A DNA stretch of 64,000 nucleotides from Octopus bimaculoides (Eukaryota). The stretch covers positions 19,511,254-19,575,253 of the forward strand of contig NC_068985.1 of assembly GCF_001194135.2 (NCBI RefSeq), read 5' to 3'. Below the pieces are notes generated by a model. The model saw nothing but the letters and a program-made list of their open reading frames with translations. It ran no database searches and was not told where the DNA came from. Positions 23,563-37,664 of the stretch are shown here, piece after piece; within the stretch, counting starts at the first letter, position 1, and each line of letters starts with the position of its first letter. A program made the position numbers and the translations under genes.

Positions 23563-25434
23563 AAATTAGTTTTTCGGCTGTTTATTAGAAGTAATTCAGA
23601 CAGGACTAGTGTATTACACTTAACACTGATAAAAACAAAGGAAAGAAAACCTTGTCGATTATTTTATCCAAAGACTGCTAGATGCAATGCTGTTAGATAC
23701 ACACATCAACTTCTCTCTGATATCATCCTCAGGCTGAATTGATACCGTCTTATAAAGACTGCTTTAAGATTAGGCTATTAAAAGAGAAAAGTGTTCACAT
23801 GTACAGTTTCTCAAGTTAGCATCTGCTTCAAAAGAACTAAACAGAAAGGAGACAAAAATATACAAACAATATCAAAGAAAAAAAACACATCCAAAGACTT
23901 AGAAGTGATTCGTAAGAGGAGACTTTAAGATAGCAGGAAAACTAACAACCTCAACACTGTAAAAGTCATGCCACTATATTAATGCACAGATCACAACTAG
24001 GAAACTAGACTTTTCAAAGTTTATTTATATTTTAACACTTAACAGGAAACTTGAGTCCCTAGTGAATATCATTATTCTTGTAATTACCCCTTCATTTAAA
24101 GGAACAATGGATGGATTACATTCTGTAGTAAATAAGTATATCAGCAAACACAAAACCAAGAGGAGGGAGAAGAGTTAATCCTTATAACTATTTGTCAGAA
24201 TTTTGAAGACTAGCTATAATAATTTACCAATGATTTCAGCTGTAGTTAACTGGCACCAATGTTAGGTGGCAACACTGACAGATTAGCTTTATATTTTCAT
24301 TTTAATAAGATAAGAGCTTTCAGTATGAATTTAAGTATCTTTTTTTCGATAGCCATTGATAATATATAGAATTATAATGATGATTTTAATATAATTTGAA
24401 ATTCTCTCCCTAATGAATAAGCATTAGTGAATGAAGTACTTCCAGGAATTGGGAATAAAAGGAATGATAAGCTAATTCCCCTACAGACACATAGTGCTCA
24501 CCAAACAATAATAATGATTATTACTATGATAAAAAAAAATTAGCACCCTACAAAGATTTGGATAATTTTCCAGTTTGTAATATATATTAGACTGTTCCAC
24601 TGATGGGTTTAAAGTATATTTTAATCACATATACACATACTATGAATTAAAAATAATTACACTAAAAATATTGACATTTTTAAAACTCCAACAAGAAAAA
24701 TGTCAAAACCAAGGTGAACTAAATACTATGAAAAATATGGCAAACAAAGTTCAAAATCGTTTTTATATGATACAATACATAATCCAGGGAAATTGGTATT
24801 TGTCTGCATAGGAAAAGATTAATTCCTAGGCGATTTCATACAAGAGCTCAACAAGTAGATTTTCTGTGAGGAGTAAAAGAGTTGGATCTAGTTAAACTGA
24901 TTCATAAGAACTGCATTTTTTAAAGGAAGTAAAAAATCTCAAAATCGGCTATATTAATGTAGTTTTCCACTCTTATTCCTATGAAGGTATGATGTTGTGA
25001 AGAAAAAAATGGAGGAAAAAGTTACAGAGATTTAAAAATCGAAAAATCTATATTTTTAGCCAATAGCAAGACAAAAATTTTCTGCATTTAGATGTCAACT
25101 TTAAGGTTGTACCCTGTGAAATTTATAGTTTAGCGTCTGTTCATTGTAGGTTTCTAAATAAACAGAAATACCTAATAAAATCAACACATATCATCTTACT
25201 GTTGCTTTTGTCTCTTCATTGATTTCTATAGTGTTTTGTATGTTTTTATTATTTTTAAAAATTTGTTATATTAATATATTTGTCTGCATGTGTTTACTTT
25301 GTGTATATTTCAGTATTATGTATACCTGTCATGTATTTGTGTACAACATTAGTATATAAGTGCATGTGGATGTATGTATTCATATATAAGTTTATATGCA
25401 CATTTATGCATTCGTGTGTGTGTGTGTGTGTGAA

Positions 25435-25545
25435 AAGGGGACGTCTGTCTCCAAAACTCCCAAGTTGAGTAACGTTTTTATGCTTGGATTTGTAAACTAC
25501 GGTAAAAATAACACTGGTCAACAAAGAATTTGTCCCAAGAAAAAG
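25435..25545 (-). mobile_element. piggyBac transposase N-terminal fragment
   Basis: VIFTVVYKSKHKNVTQLGSFGDRRPLF matches SKHENVTQLWSQEDDRLIF of the element at about 57.0 kb. Confidence 0.7.
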
Positions 25546-25765
25546 AATACCTGTATCTTATGGTTTTGCATGCAGAATTCAAAAATAATGTCAAATTATC
25601 TGTAACACCCACAGTTTCTCTGTTCCACGATATACCTCTCAGTTCCTGTTATGTGGGCTAATTTTCAGTTAAGCTGTTGAATTGTGAAGTTAATGGTTTA
25701 AGAAATACTTCTAATTTAAATGCTTGTGAACTGAATTAACCTAGCGAAATAATAAATCCAGCCAC

Positions 25766-25891
25766 CTGAGTCAATGAGTCCCTGAAGCTTGGCAATACTG
25801 AGTCGCTGAGCCACTGATGCTTTGTCAGTACTGTGCTTGAAGTGTAGGTGTGCGGTTGTGTACTAAGTTCACATATTCCTTTCACCTTCAT
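25766..25891 (-). CDS. Candidate alternative first coding exon (MKVKGICELSTQPHTYTSSTVLTKHQWLSDSVLPSFRDSLTQ)
   Basis: GC-richer block with ATG and a phase-0 CAG|GTGGCT donor (weak), an acceptor TTTTTCATGTATAG near 25931, and an upstream CCAAT box (about 26142-26148) and CACGTG (about 26027-26032). No homology recognised. Confidence 0.3.
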
Positions 25892-26841
25892 AATGCCAAG
25901 AAACTGTATAAACGGTGCAAACAACTTTTGCTATACATGAAAAATATATAAAATATTAAGACAATTGAAGGAAAATATCTATAATAAAATTCTAATTGAT
26001 AAATATAAATTTTTATTAAAACAAAACACGTGGGTGAAGTAAATCTTATGGTGTGAAGAATCAACACAACACAGATGATGTAAAACATAACACAATGTAT
26101 GGCTGTCATGGCTACAAGCTGTTAGTGCCTCTCTGTCTGTTGATTGGCTAATATTACCCAAATTTCCCAACTTTAATTACAAGTTAAAGTAATTGGTTGA
26201 TTGTAATTAAAATTCAGAGTTGTATCGATACACCAAAATTGAAAGCAATCTGAGCAAAATTAAAGGGGAATGATTTTGTGAATCAGTTTAACTAGATCCA
26301 AAGAGCTTAAGTTCGAACAGAGTATGATGTTCTGAAAGAGCAGCAACGTAGTAAGAGAGGGTGAAAAGCTGGTGATAGGTGCTATGAGTTATGAGCAAGG
26401 TGAATCATGGGGGATGAAATAAATAAAAAAGAGGTAGGTGGTGAGGACCAGATCAAGTGAGGTGGTAGATAGTATGAAGAACTCATAACAAAGAGAGAGG
26501 TGGACAATACTAATTGGGGAGAAAAGGAATGGAAGTGGGAACTTGCAAAGAACTAAGTTTAATAAGGCATGGCCAAGAACTGTAAAATAATTTATGACAG
26601 TAAGGAGTGAGTAGAACTGTAAAGAAAATTAATAGTGTCTAGAGTGGAGGTCAGTAGGGATGGAAAGAAATATATAGTAGTCTGTGACAGGACGTGGATG
26701 GCAGGGGGACTAGAGGGCCAATATACTAAAATGGATTATAGGCACAATCCAACTACATGCTGCACACTATGTGAAGTACATGCATACGACTGCATTCAAA
26801 ATAGCTAACCATACAGTACATGGACACACACACACACACAC

Positions 26842-26890
<49 letters not shown>

Positions 26891-27399
26891 TAAGCAACAC
26901 AGCACAAATAAATACACATCACACAACAAGAGCATTTTTTCTTTTTTTTTTGTATTTTGAGAATGAAGCAGTTTGAAAGTGGAAGACAGAATTAAAGGAA
27001 GCTGAGATGTAAATTTAGACCCTAAGGTGCCAAAGTACCTATGCTGAAGAAGGTGTTTTGGTGGGTATAATGAGACTTGCAGACACTGTGTATTTGCAAG
27101 TTCCATTCTACCCAAAGTGTTGGAGAACAGTACTATCTGTGAGGTGATCAGCAGAGTGACTGCGCAAGTTAGAGCTAGACTACAAGATTTTGAGGACTTC
27201 TTGGATGTTTTTATGGACATCCACCAAATGCTCACAGAACCTGTTTTACTTTTGTTATCAAATTTCTGTTATAGTTATAGTTAATTTTTAAAAAATACAG
27301 AATTTAAAAATATAATTTTGTTATTATACAGATGGCATTTGGACATAAATTAACAGAGTTTCATTGATAGGTTTTAATTTAGATCACTTTAAAACAAAG

Positions 27400-28900
27400 A
27401 ATTTGTATCTTAGAATAAGGGGCAGTTTCAAGTGTATTGGTATTAAGAGTTCATCTCCACAAAGCTTGAAGACTACGCAGCATATTAGGTTAGAGGAAAT
27501 GCAGTGAGAGTGATTGATCACATTGACTGAAGGCTTGAACCTAACAGAATTAAAGGGAGATGTAAGCATTATGGTTAGACCATATAGATGTGCCCACAAG
27601 GGATGTGTCTAGGGGCAAGTGAACTCCTGACTAGAAGGTTACATAGAATCTTATCCCTGTTGAAGGACAGGACTGGAGGCATGGAAAAGATGGGATCAAT
27701 TGGAAAGCAGAAGGTGGAACAGTGAAGCAGAGTGCTCTGAAGTGACTGAGTCACTTCAGAAGATGGAGAGGGGAATCCAGACTCTGGAAGAGTGACTGTT
27801 TGGCATGAGTGCAACAGTACAGTTCATAGACTGAACTCAAGAGAGGTCAGTATTCACAACAGGTTAAGGGTACCTAAGTGAGAGAAAAGATTGATGCATT
27901 ACTTGAAAATAAGTCATATCTTTGTTGCAGAGATAGAGAAATGAGAAGATTTGTGAGAACAATATGGTAGATTTGATGTGAGTGTGATGTGAGGAGGAAT
28001 GTGGAGAGATAGATGATACTGATAGAGGCAGATATATCTAGAAAGTTCATGAAAGTATTAGAGATGATGGAAGTAAAAGGTGAGTTACTTTCTGGTGAGA
28101 GAGGTTGCACTGACACAGTCACCAATGTAATGGCCCAATAGTTAAGGGGCAAACCTAGAAAATAGGGCAAAAAGTTAGGTCTAATAGGGCCAACAAACAA
28201 GTTGATGTGATTTGGGTCATCTTGATGCCAATAGCTATGCCACTCAAGTGTTAGTAGAACACATCAGAATAGGAAGAGCAATGAAGAATGAGTATAATTC
28301 AGTTTGGATGAGGAGTGTACAGGTTTTGGGTTCAAATGTGTGGTGTTAAGGTCAAAAAAAGAATTTCAGGACTGGTAGGTCATTGTCATTGTGGATGATG
28401 GTAAACAAGGATTTGAGCTCTATGGCAAAGAGAAATTTAGAAGGTCCAGAGGTGGGTGGTATGGTTGGTGTCCTTATGAAAGCAGCAGCCAGAAGGAGCA
28501 TAATTTGGTTGAGATAGTTACAGATTAGTTTGGCAGAGCATCAAGTAGAGAAAATAGGGCAGCTAAGAGCGTTGGGTTTGGGAGGAGAAAGTAGATAATG
28601 GAAGTATGGTGAGTTTGTGATGAAGTTGATTACTGTTGGAGAAAGTAAAGAGAAAGAAATGAGTTTTGTATAATGATGGAGAAATGTTTTAGATTGAAAA
28701 GTATGCTGTTGCTGAGCAGTTTCTGGTAAAACTGCAATTCACTTACATGATGGAAGGTTTCTTTTATGTCGAGATCCATCTACCAAACCATTTCTACTTT
28801 GCCTTTGTCAGCCAGTTTAATGAATATGTTACAAATTTGTTAAAACTGACAGAGTTCAACAAGTTCTGGAGATATTAAAACAACTATCACTTCTGGAAGG
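27400..28900 (-). mobile_element. Decayed CR1/L2-type LINE (RT region and 3' end)
   Basis: Minus-strand remnants such as LADKGKVEMVW*MDLDIKETFHHV (D-x-x-KAFD-like) and later RT-flanking motifs; many stops. Confidence 0.5.
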
Positions 28901-30823
28901 TAAAAATTACCCTAAATGTGATGGCATTTCAGTTGGAACAGATTCAATGAATTTTACTGCCCCAAAATTGCAATAGCTATCCAATTGCAGCAATACTTAT
29001 ACACACTATATTAAGCTCAAGACATTTCTCTGTATTTGCAGCAACTTTTCAGTTTGCTTGTACTTGTTTGACTTAGGATGTGGATTGATTTGGGTTAATG
29101 CATCACCATATCAACTGTGCCATATGGTATCACATTAGCAATAATTAAACAGCTTGCTAAAATTTTGCTCATAAATAAATATATATTCCATTCCCAAAAG
29201 AAATAGGTCAGATTTTAAGAAAAGACTCTCAAGAATTTTGCTCATATGACCAAGAAATTCTATGCTGATTAATTTAAAATCAAACTTCATTCACTAACTA
29301 TCCAGTAAACTAAATTTTAAGCACCAGTGCTCAAGTATAAAACTGAACATAGCCTTTGGCATCCTAATTTCTAAACTATAGAAGTAATCAATAGAATTTT
29401 TTCACTGCATAACTTTCATGGCTCCCCTTTCAAAAAAATATTGTCATAGTTTTAGGAACAAAGTGGATTATTTAATCCAACACAAGAATTTCTTGAGTAA
29501 ATTTTTAAAATTTCAATCTTCCAATTTTTCTCAGTTCTTTCATTGTCCAGAAAAGATAAGATTTGTAAATAAAGATAAAATCACAGTTAATGTTTTTAAT
29601 CATTTTTTTCCCTAAGTACTCAGTTATATACCTGCATGCTATTGGCCCATTTCAGGCCCAATTAGTGCACAGGTCAAAAGATAGCTTACATAGTTTTATA
29701 AAATGAATACCAATTTAAAATTTGAAAATGATGCTAAGTTTCAGAAGCTTAAAGATGACTATCATCAGCTTTCAAAGACTTTTAAGATTTCATAAACATT
29801 GCTTAATCCACCAGTGGAAACTATCTAAAATTGAACAACTTCAAAAATATCAGAAGCAACATCAAATATAAGACAATAAGCATGCTGGTTTAGAGGGTTG
29901 TGATGATAAAGATTTTTTTCCCTTTTTTTTTTTCTTTTTCTTTCTTAAGAATCAAAGAATTTAATGCATTTAATATTGGTGTATGGAATACCATTTATTA
30001 AAAACATAGCAGATGCAGTTCTGAAGTTGTAGTATTTTGCATACGGTAATACATTGCCAGTATTTCTAACTAAAACATTAAGTATTCCTGTCTTTAAAAG
30101 GTTTTAGAAGTTTTCAAGGATCATAAGCTGACAATTTCATGTAACAAAATTTCCCAATTGACTCAGTTCAAAACAAAACTTTCTAAACCTCAATTTATTT
30201 TTTCACTACCATGTATCGATGGTGAAGCAGTGCATTTACTGCAAAAGATACATATATACTTTATCATCATCACCATCATCAGCAAATATTTTCTCACAAA
30301 GATTGTATTGGAAATATTCAAATGATTTGTTAATGGCACTCTTTTCATATCAAGAGATGACTTTATCAGCTGATTTACAAATTCATGAATGAGTTGAAGT
30401 CTGAAGATGCTCATTCTGACAGCATATTGCATGTACCAACCACTCAAGATTCAGAAGCTGAAAAATGAATTAAATTTGTTTACTATTAGAAAACCTAAAT
30501 TATTTGATGGTCATATTAATACGTGATTTAGAAAACTTAATGTTTCAAACCATCAGAAAATGTTCTTTGAAGAGAGTGAAAGTAAATGAAGCCTTTTATT
30601 TTTAGTTTTAGTTCAACATACATCTATAGTCCAATACTTGGAGACACTGTCATTTTTACATCAAGGGGTCAGTCGGTATCTAGGTCTTACAACATACACC
30701 TTCATCCAAATGACCCAACCTAAGTTGATTAAGCCTAAGCCTGTGTCAAAGCAGCATGCTGTTAACCCTACCAATCACTTTCCAGCTAGAGCCAACTAGA
30801 TGCTTTCTCAGCAGCTTCTATAG

Positions 30824-31084
30824 CTGTGATTCTCAACCATTCTTTACCTATAGACCCCTTTGATTCCTATTTTACTCAGCAGGTGGGACACTCATAGTCA
30901 TTCGATGTCTAAAAACTTCACTTATATTTTTATGATTAGATATTATTTAGAATTGTATTAAAAAATGTTTAAATATTTTGTGTATTGTAGAAGTATAACC
31001 AATTTATTGCATATAAATTTTAACAACAAAATCTTGTATGACCCCCACCCCAAGGGCCATATGGACTCCAGTTGAGAACCACTG
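30824..31084. mobile_element. hAT-type MITE with 8-bp TSD (partial second copy at about 8255-8452)
   Basis: TIRs CTGTGATTCTCAAC / GTTGAGAACCACTG; flanks TTCTATAG (30816-30823) and CTCTATAG (31085-31092). Confidence 0.85.
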
Positions 31085-32313
31085 CTCTATAGCCTATACA
31101 CTGTTTTTGATGGCTCTTCTACTCATTTTGGAATATATGCTTTTTATTTTTATATAAGCATGGATTTTCTGGACTATCAACCTCAACTTTATTATTTCTA
31201 CCTACATAGTATCTCAAACCTTCCATTTTTTGCATCTCTACATATATACATATCCAAATTGTCTCACATATATACATATAAAATTGTCTCTAGACATATG
31301 CATATCATCTCTACATGTCTATAAAACCCTAATCTAAATTAAAAACACAGAACCTTTATTTCTACAAGATTTTAATGTTTTCATTCACTGTGCTATAGTT
31401 CTTACAGGATGCTGTAACTCTATTACAAAGACTTTTTAAATAGAATGGTTTTTCTACTATGATAAATAACCATATGATAGTACAGGCAATAAGTAATAAT
31501 ATGTTAAGTAGGAATCTTGCACTAAGTCTGACTTGAGTAAAAGATTGATTTTTTTATATATTGACAACAAAATGAACTATATTTATGTTAATTGATGTAA
31601 TAATTATTTGTTCACAAACAGACCATTTCATAATCTAATCGAAGTTAGCAAAAAAATTTGAATGTTTACAAGTACACTTTAAAATGTAAAAGCAAAAAAT
31701 TAGGATGAAGTTATAAGAATGCTTAAGAAATCATTTAACAATGATTAACTTTTATACAAATCAAAGAGGTCCATATAACCAATGCTTAATTCCAAACTTT
31801 AGTATAAAACAAATGAAAGAGGAATTTTCCTTCTTGACTGGATAATGGTCTATAGGTAGTAACATCCTCATAACATCACATACCTATTTCCTATTCTTAC
31901 GTGAAATGAAATACAACATAGAACCATGAAATCTACTCAGAAACACAGTGGAATACAACATATACAAATTCTTCAAAACCAGAACTGATAGTTTAATATC
32001 TTACCCACTTAATCATTTTTACCTCTGAGAAATCCAGTTAGGTAATAATAAATTCAAACCAAAACCAAGGTGAACCTACATAAATTAAAGTATTTGTTTA
32101 TTATATATTCAAGAATATATAATAAATTATGGTATTAACCACCACGGTTTAAATCTTTAAATTCTTTTTATTTCACAAACATTAATACAATGAAAAAGAA
32201 ATCAAAATTTGCAAATTATAATTTTTTGTTCTCGCTAACCTAAAACATTTATTTGCTATTAAAGAGTGTCTGATATTGTCATCTACAGTTAATATATAAT
32301 CACACACACACAC

Positions 32314-32364
<51 letters not shown>

Positions 32365-32685
32365 NNNNNNNNNNNNNNNNNNNNNNNNNNNNNNNNNNNN
32401 NNNNNNNNNNNNNNNNNNNNNNNNNNNNNNNNNNNNNNNNNNNNNNNNNNNNNNNNNNNNNNNNNNNNNNNNNNNNNNNNNNNNNNNNNNNNNNNNNNNN
32501 NNNNNNNNNNNNNNNNNNNNNNNNNNNNNNNNNNNNNNNNNNNNNNNNNNNNNNNNNNNNNNNNNNNNNNNNNNNNNNNNNNNNNNNNNNNNNNNNNNNN
32601 NNNNNNNNNNNNNNNNNNNNNNNNNNNNNNNNNNNNNNNNNNNNNNNNNNNNNNNNNNNNNNNNNNNNNNNNNNNNNNNNNNNNN

Positions 32686-32722
<37 letters not shown>

Positions 32723-32764
32723 CATATATATATATATATGTGTATATATACACACACATATATT

Positions 32765-33130
32765 CTTTTATTCTTATACTTGCTTCAGTCACTAGACTGC
32801 GGCCATACTGTAGCACTGCCCTGTGTTTTTAAGCCTGGTCTTTACTCTATCAGTCACTCATAATAGGACTGCTAAGTCAGAGGGACATAAACAAACCAAC
32901 ACTTGTTCTCAAGTGGTGGTGACAGGGCAAATACAAAAACATGCACACGTAGATATATACATGCATACATATATACAATGGACTTCTTTCAGTTTCTGTC
33001 TACTAAATCCACTCACAAGGCTTTGGTTGGCCCTGGACTATAGCAGAAGACACTTGCCCAATGTGTTACACAGAGGGATTGAACCCAGAACTATGAGGTT
33101 GGGAAGAAGCTTCTTACCACACAGCCACAC
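32765..33130 (-). mobile_element. Family-A SINE
   Basis: TTCAGTCACTAGACTGCGGCCATACTG...TCTACTAAATCCACTCACAAGGCTTTGG...CTTACCACACAGCCA. Confidence 0.9.
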
Positions 33131-33663
33131 CTGAAACTACATAAAACGAAGGATTTTTCAAAAACCCCTTTCCAGATTACCAATTTTCAGTTATTTTCAT
33201 TAATTATCTAATTTTTGCATTTACAAGTGTCTCTTCCCTATCCAAAGAAACAGACTGCAATTAAATACATTAAATAACATTCAATTGAGCAATACAAACT
33301 TCAATAATTTCCAATTGCTAGTCAAATCTCTTTCATTTTTTAAAAATTACTCAGAGATCAACTAATTGGAATGTTCATCAATCTTGTTAAATGTTTCAAA
33401 ACCAAATGATTTTAATGATTTTGCAGGGTTATTTTAATGATTTTTATTTTAAATTTTATTTTAACTTTTGTCCAACAGAAGTAAAGATTAAATCAATATT
33501 TTATTAGAAAAGTCGATTTTTGCAATTCAAGAGAAACATATTAATTTTACTTCTTTTATTTTTTGTTTGTTTTTTCCTTCTTCTTTAGTTCAATCTATTT
33601 ACATTGAATAAATATGTAAAATTAAAGGAAAAAACATATATAAATAAATCAAATAAAACTCAC

Positions 33664-33699
33664 TTGACCTTTGTGTGGGCAGTGGAGATAAGTGAGATG
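33664..33699 (-). CDS. Candidate 36-nt frame-preserving microexon of the minus-strand gene
   Basis: Acceptor ATTTCTATTACTTTAG, donor CAA|GTGAGT, exactly 12 codons long. It reads (A)SHLSPLPTQRS if joined in phase 1 to exon 40657-40855. Confidence 0.5.
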
Positions 33700-34824
33700 C
33701 TAAAGTAATAGAAATTATTCAGAGTGGCCAGAGGCATGTATATGAACAACAGAGGCAAATACAGGTGTATCAAATACCATACAATATAAATTCATGATTT
33801 ATTAAAATTATCTCTCCCTCTAGAGTATGACAATTAAGCCCAGCTCCACTTGAGAAGAGAAGATAATCTCAGGAATCAAGAATGTCTCCAAAGCTGACAT
33901 GCCATTTAGGAAAAGGATAGTCTTAAGAGAACAGTCGTGAGCATGTGTAATTTCCCGGAACTTCCTTCCTATGTTTTCTTTCCAATACTTGACGAAAAGT
34001 CGTTCATATTAAGCACTGACTTCTCCCAGTAATTATCTCACTATATTCTAGGAAAATTTGAAAAGGGTATTAATATGGGTCACCCTCCTTACAAAAACAT
34101 CAAAAAAAAAGGGTCATTATATTAAAAGGCTCTTTGGTAACTATTGAATGCTTGGACTTTAAGTATTGTATCATTGGCTGATGGCAAAACATCTTCAAAC
34201 TATTGACAATAGCTGAAAACTGAAGGTTCATGATGGAGAAACAGGTGAACTAAGAAACTGGATTTGCATAGCAGAACTTGATTTTTTGTGAGTATCTCAC
34301 AATTTTTTAGCATTAACACCATTCCCTTCAAAAGACTTTATAAGAGACAAAAAAAAAAAAAAAGAAAGAAACGTGTGATAACATAGAGATCATCTTCTTC
34401 AGTGGAAGAATGTTATATTATGTTATCAATTCAGAATAGGGAGGTTAACCCCACTCTTTCAGAAATATAAACTGTGATTTATCAGACAAGAACTTTTCAG
34501 TAAGAATCCTGCTACCATTGTCTATAATTTAAAATGACATTATGCTTTTAGTGATAGTTTAACCTATTCAACTCCAACCCACCCAAAACAACCTCTACTA
34601 GAAATAAATTGGTATCTTGAATGAAATGTTATTACATGAAAGATAATTAGATTTTAATTAGTAAGCATTCGTTGTTTATTAAGTTGAAAGTTATTTTTTT
34701 CCCCCATTCACCCACCCATACGTAATTCTTTATTTTGAGGCCTAAAACAAAGGCATTTTATTCTTGTCAGAAATATAATTGCTGAAGTGTTAATACACTG
34801 ATTTTTTTTATGGATAAAACACTA

Positions 34825-35125
34825 AAGACCCCCTTCAGTCATGAATGACCATGAGATGGCACCTAGAAAGTTACTCTCTGAGGCACAAGTCCAGCAGTCA
34901 CCCATGCACAACAGCTCCCTCTCTCCATGCCACCGATGTTATCCAAGGGAAAGGAAAAGCCCAATACAGCTTAGGACCAGCAATGTTGCATATCTTTTCT
35001 ACAACTGAGTGAACTGGAGCAATGTGAAATAAAGTGCGTTGCTCAAGGACACATCATGCAGCCTGGTCTGAGAATCGAACTCACTACCTCATGATTGTGA
35101 GCTCAATACTCTAACCACTGAGCCT
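34825..35125 (-). mobile_element. Family-D tRNA-SINE (second copy at 52680-53012)
   Basis: Minus head GGCTCAGTGGTTAGAG...GTAGTGAGTTCGATTC with A/B boxes, then TGTGTCCTTGAGCAA...CTTTATTTCAC; ends at CATGACTGAAGGGGGTCTTT. Confidence 0.85.
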
Positions 35126-37664
35126 TAAGAGACATGGTCAACTTCTGTAAGAGAGGAATATAATCAAATAAATTAACACTGTGTCTGAATAAGTATTTAC
35201 TTTATCAAATCAAAAGAGTGGAATGGCAAAGGTAAACTTGTTCTAATTTGAACACAGAACCAAGAAAGATGAAACTGAGTAATATAATGCATTATATTTG
35301 GTTTTCTCCTTTCAATCAACATCTGATAAATGTTTCTACTCAGGTTATAAACAATATTCTTAATCTTTTACTTGTTTCACTTATTGGAGTGTGAACATGC
35401 TGTAGGACCAGTCTGAAAGGTTCAGTCAAACCAACTGACAGCAGTACTTATTTTTAAGTCTGGTACTTATCCTATCAATCTCTTTAGCCAAACAATCCAA
35501 AACCCATTTTCAAAGAGTGGTGAGAATCTCACACACACACACACACATGATGGGCTTCCACAGTTTTCCACCAACCAAATTCACTTACAAAGCATTGGTT
35601 AGTCTGATGCAATATAAAATATCTGCCCAAAGTATCACACATGGGACTGAACCTGAAACTACATAGTTGCAAAGCCAACTTCTTAACCACATTTTTATAT
35701 GGGAAAACATTTTTGTTTTTAAATTTGTGGACTAAATTAAATACATCCATGTTGGATGAAAAGCCCTATATTTTCCGATGAGAATCACAAAATAACTGTA
35801 CTTCTTACTTATCAATAACCCCCACAATGATCAGTCTGAAATCCACAAATATAGATCAATCATCAACACATAAAATCAATACTATATGTTAAAAATTCTA
35901 TCCTATCAGTCTCAATTCAATCAAACAAAAACACACACACACATCAAATTAATTACAAAATTTAGGGTTGTCAATCACCACAAGTCATTTCAAAGGAATT
36001 GAAACTACCATGCACCAACTAAATCCAACTTGTTTGTTTCTGCTGTTGTCATTACCAGTTTTCAATCATACTAAAGCACAATAGAAATTAAAATACATGC
36101 AACATGCCCTGACTATTATGTCACATATCACACAGCCAACCCCTATGTGGCAGAATGTACAAAATGACCACTACACAGACAAAAGTATGTGAAACCCTTA
36201 TAGCCTGCTTCTAAATATTGAGTCTTTTAAGTCTGTTGAGGCAAAAAAAAAAAAAATTAAAAAATAAGAATCCTGAACAAGAACAAGACCTATATTTATC
36301 AGTATTTGGAAAACAATTATGAACTTCAATATGAAATGATCTTATCAAAGGCCTGCAGCCTCAATCCTCATTGAGGTTGACTGCCATGGTTTCCTAGCAA
36401 GATAAATGTCCTGTTTCTTCCAGAAGATTGGTTTGAAACCCAAATAACTGAAAAAGCCATGCAACTAAGACCAACGCAAGGTGGTTACAATTGACAAATC
36501 ATTGCAGTTGGAACCCTTCAACAAACAAAGGCTAATTTGTCCTTGCTTCACTCAAGCAAAGAATACAGGCTAAGGAACATAACATTCATGACCCTGAGAT
36601 ACCTGTTGAAGGTAAAGAAGAGTTTCCAACATTGTGACAGCTTTGGTCAGCATCAGGAGAAGAGCTTTAAATAGCTCCCACAGTTTCTGCTTGGGGCACA
36701 AAACATTTCTGATGTTTATTTTTTTTTTATATGAGAGGTTTTCTAACTTGTAATAGCTGTAGTCACCACCAGAAAAGAGCTTGCAACTTCATTAAGTAGC
36801 TTCTGTTGTTTCTTCATGGGGAAAAGCATCTCTGATATTTATTTCATTTGTTAAAAGAACTTTCATGACATATTGGAAAATGTATATTTTACATGTTTAC
36901 TATTTGTCTATCTACTAAAAATATTGTCATCATCTGATTCATTATTTCCGTTTGGATCACAAACTATACACATTATTTGAAAGTTGCTTAACTGTTTTGA
37001 AATGAAATCTATATCATTTGAATATGAAAAGCATGAGTAAACATGCAAAGTAAACAGAGATAAAATCTATGGACAGAGATGAACAGGAAAAGACACTGTA
37101 AACATGGGTAACTTTTGAGTATCCACTGTGGGCTGTAATGACACAAGTGAAGACTTTGTCTCTGTATAGTGTATTTAGAACAAGTCTGGCAAAAGCCAGT
37201 CATTGCTAAGCTATATTCAAAAGACTTGAACACAAGTAAAAAGTTAGCAAGATACTGATCAATTTTGCAGTGCAATTTGTGGTGAAAAGAATTATTATTG
37301 TGTGATAGATATGCAAACTGGGTCATTCAGAATAAAGTGTCTTGATCATAGAAATAGTATAGTAATAGTGACACCATTGAAACCACTAATCTCTTGGTTA
37401 GTAGACTGATTGATTTAGCTATCTACAGCTTTCAAACAAAAGTATAGACAGAAATTGGAAGCAGGGTTTAACAGTAAAAAACTGCAAACAAAAGTGAACA
37501 TTCAAAGGAATTGACATCAAAGGTAAACATGGAAGAAATTAACAACAAAGGTGAACATTGAAAGAAACACTACATAAAGGTAGGGTAACTGTAACCAGAA
37601 TTGAACAAGTACAGAAATTGTAAACAGAAGTAGGAATGATTATAGGTGAGACAGAGAGAGAAAC

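Noticed and set aside
28741-28900. Minus-strand exon ending at CAT|GTAAGT (28747)
   Set aside because: It lies in the decayed CR1-type RT, and all frames from the nearest acceptor are closed.
34262-34269. Octamer motif ATTTGCAT
   Set aside because: A single 8-mer is expected by chance in AT-rich DNA and has no supporting context.
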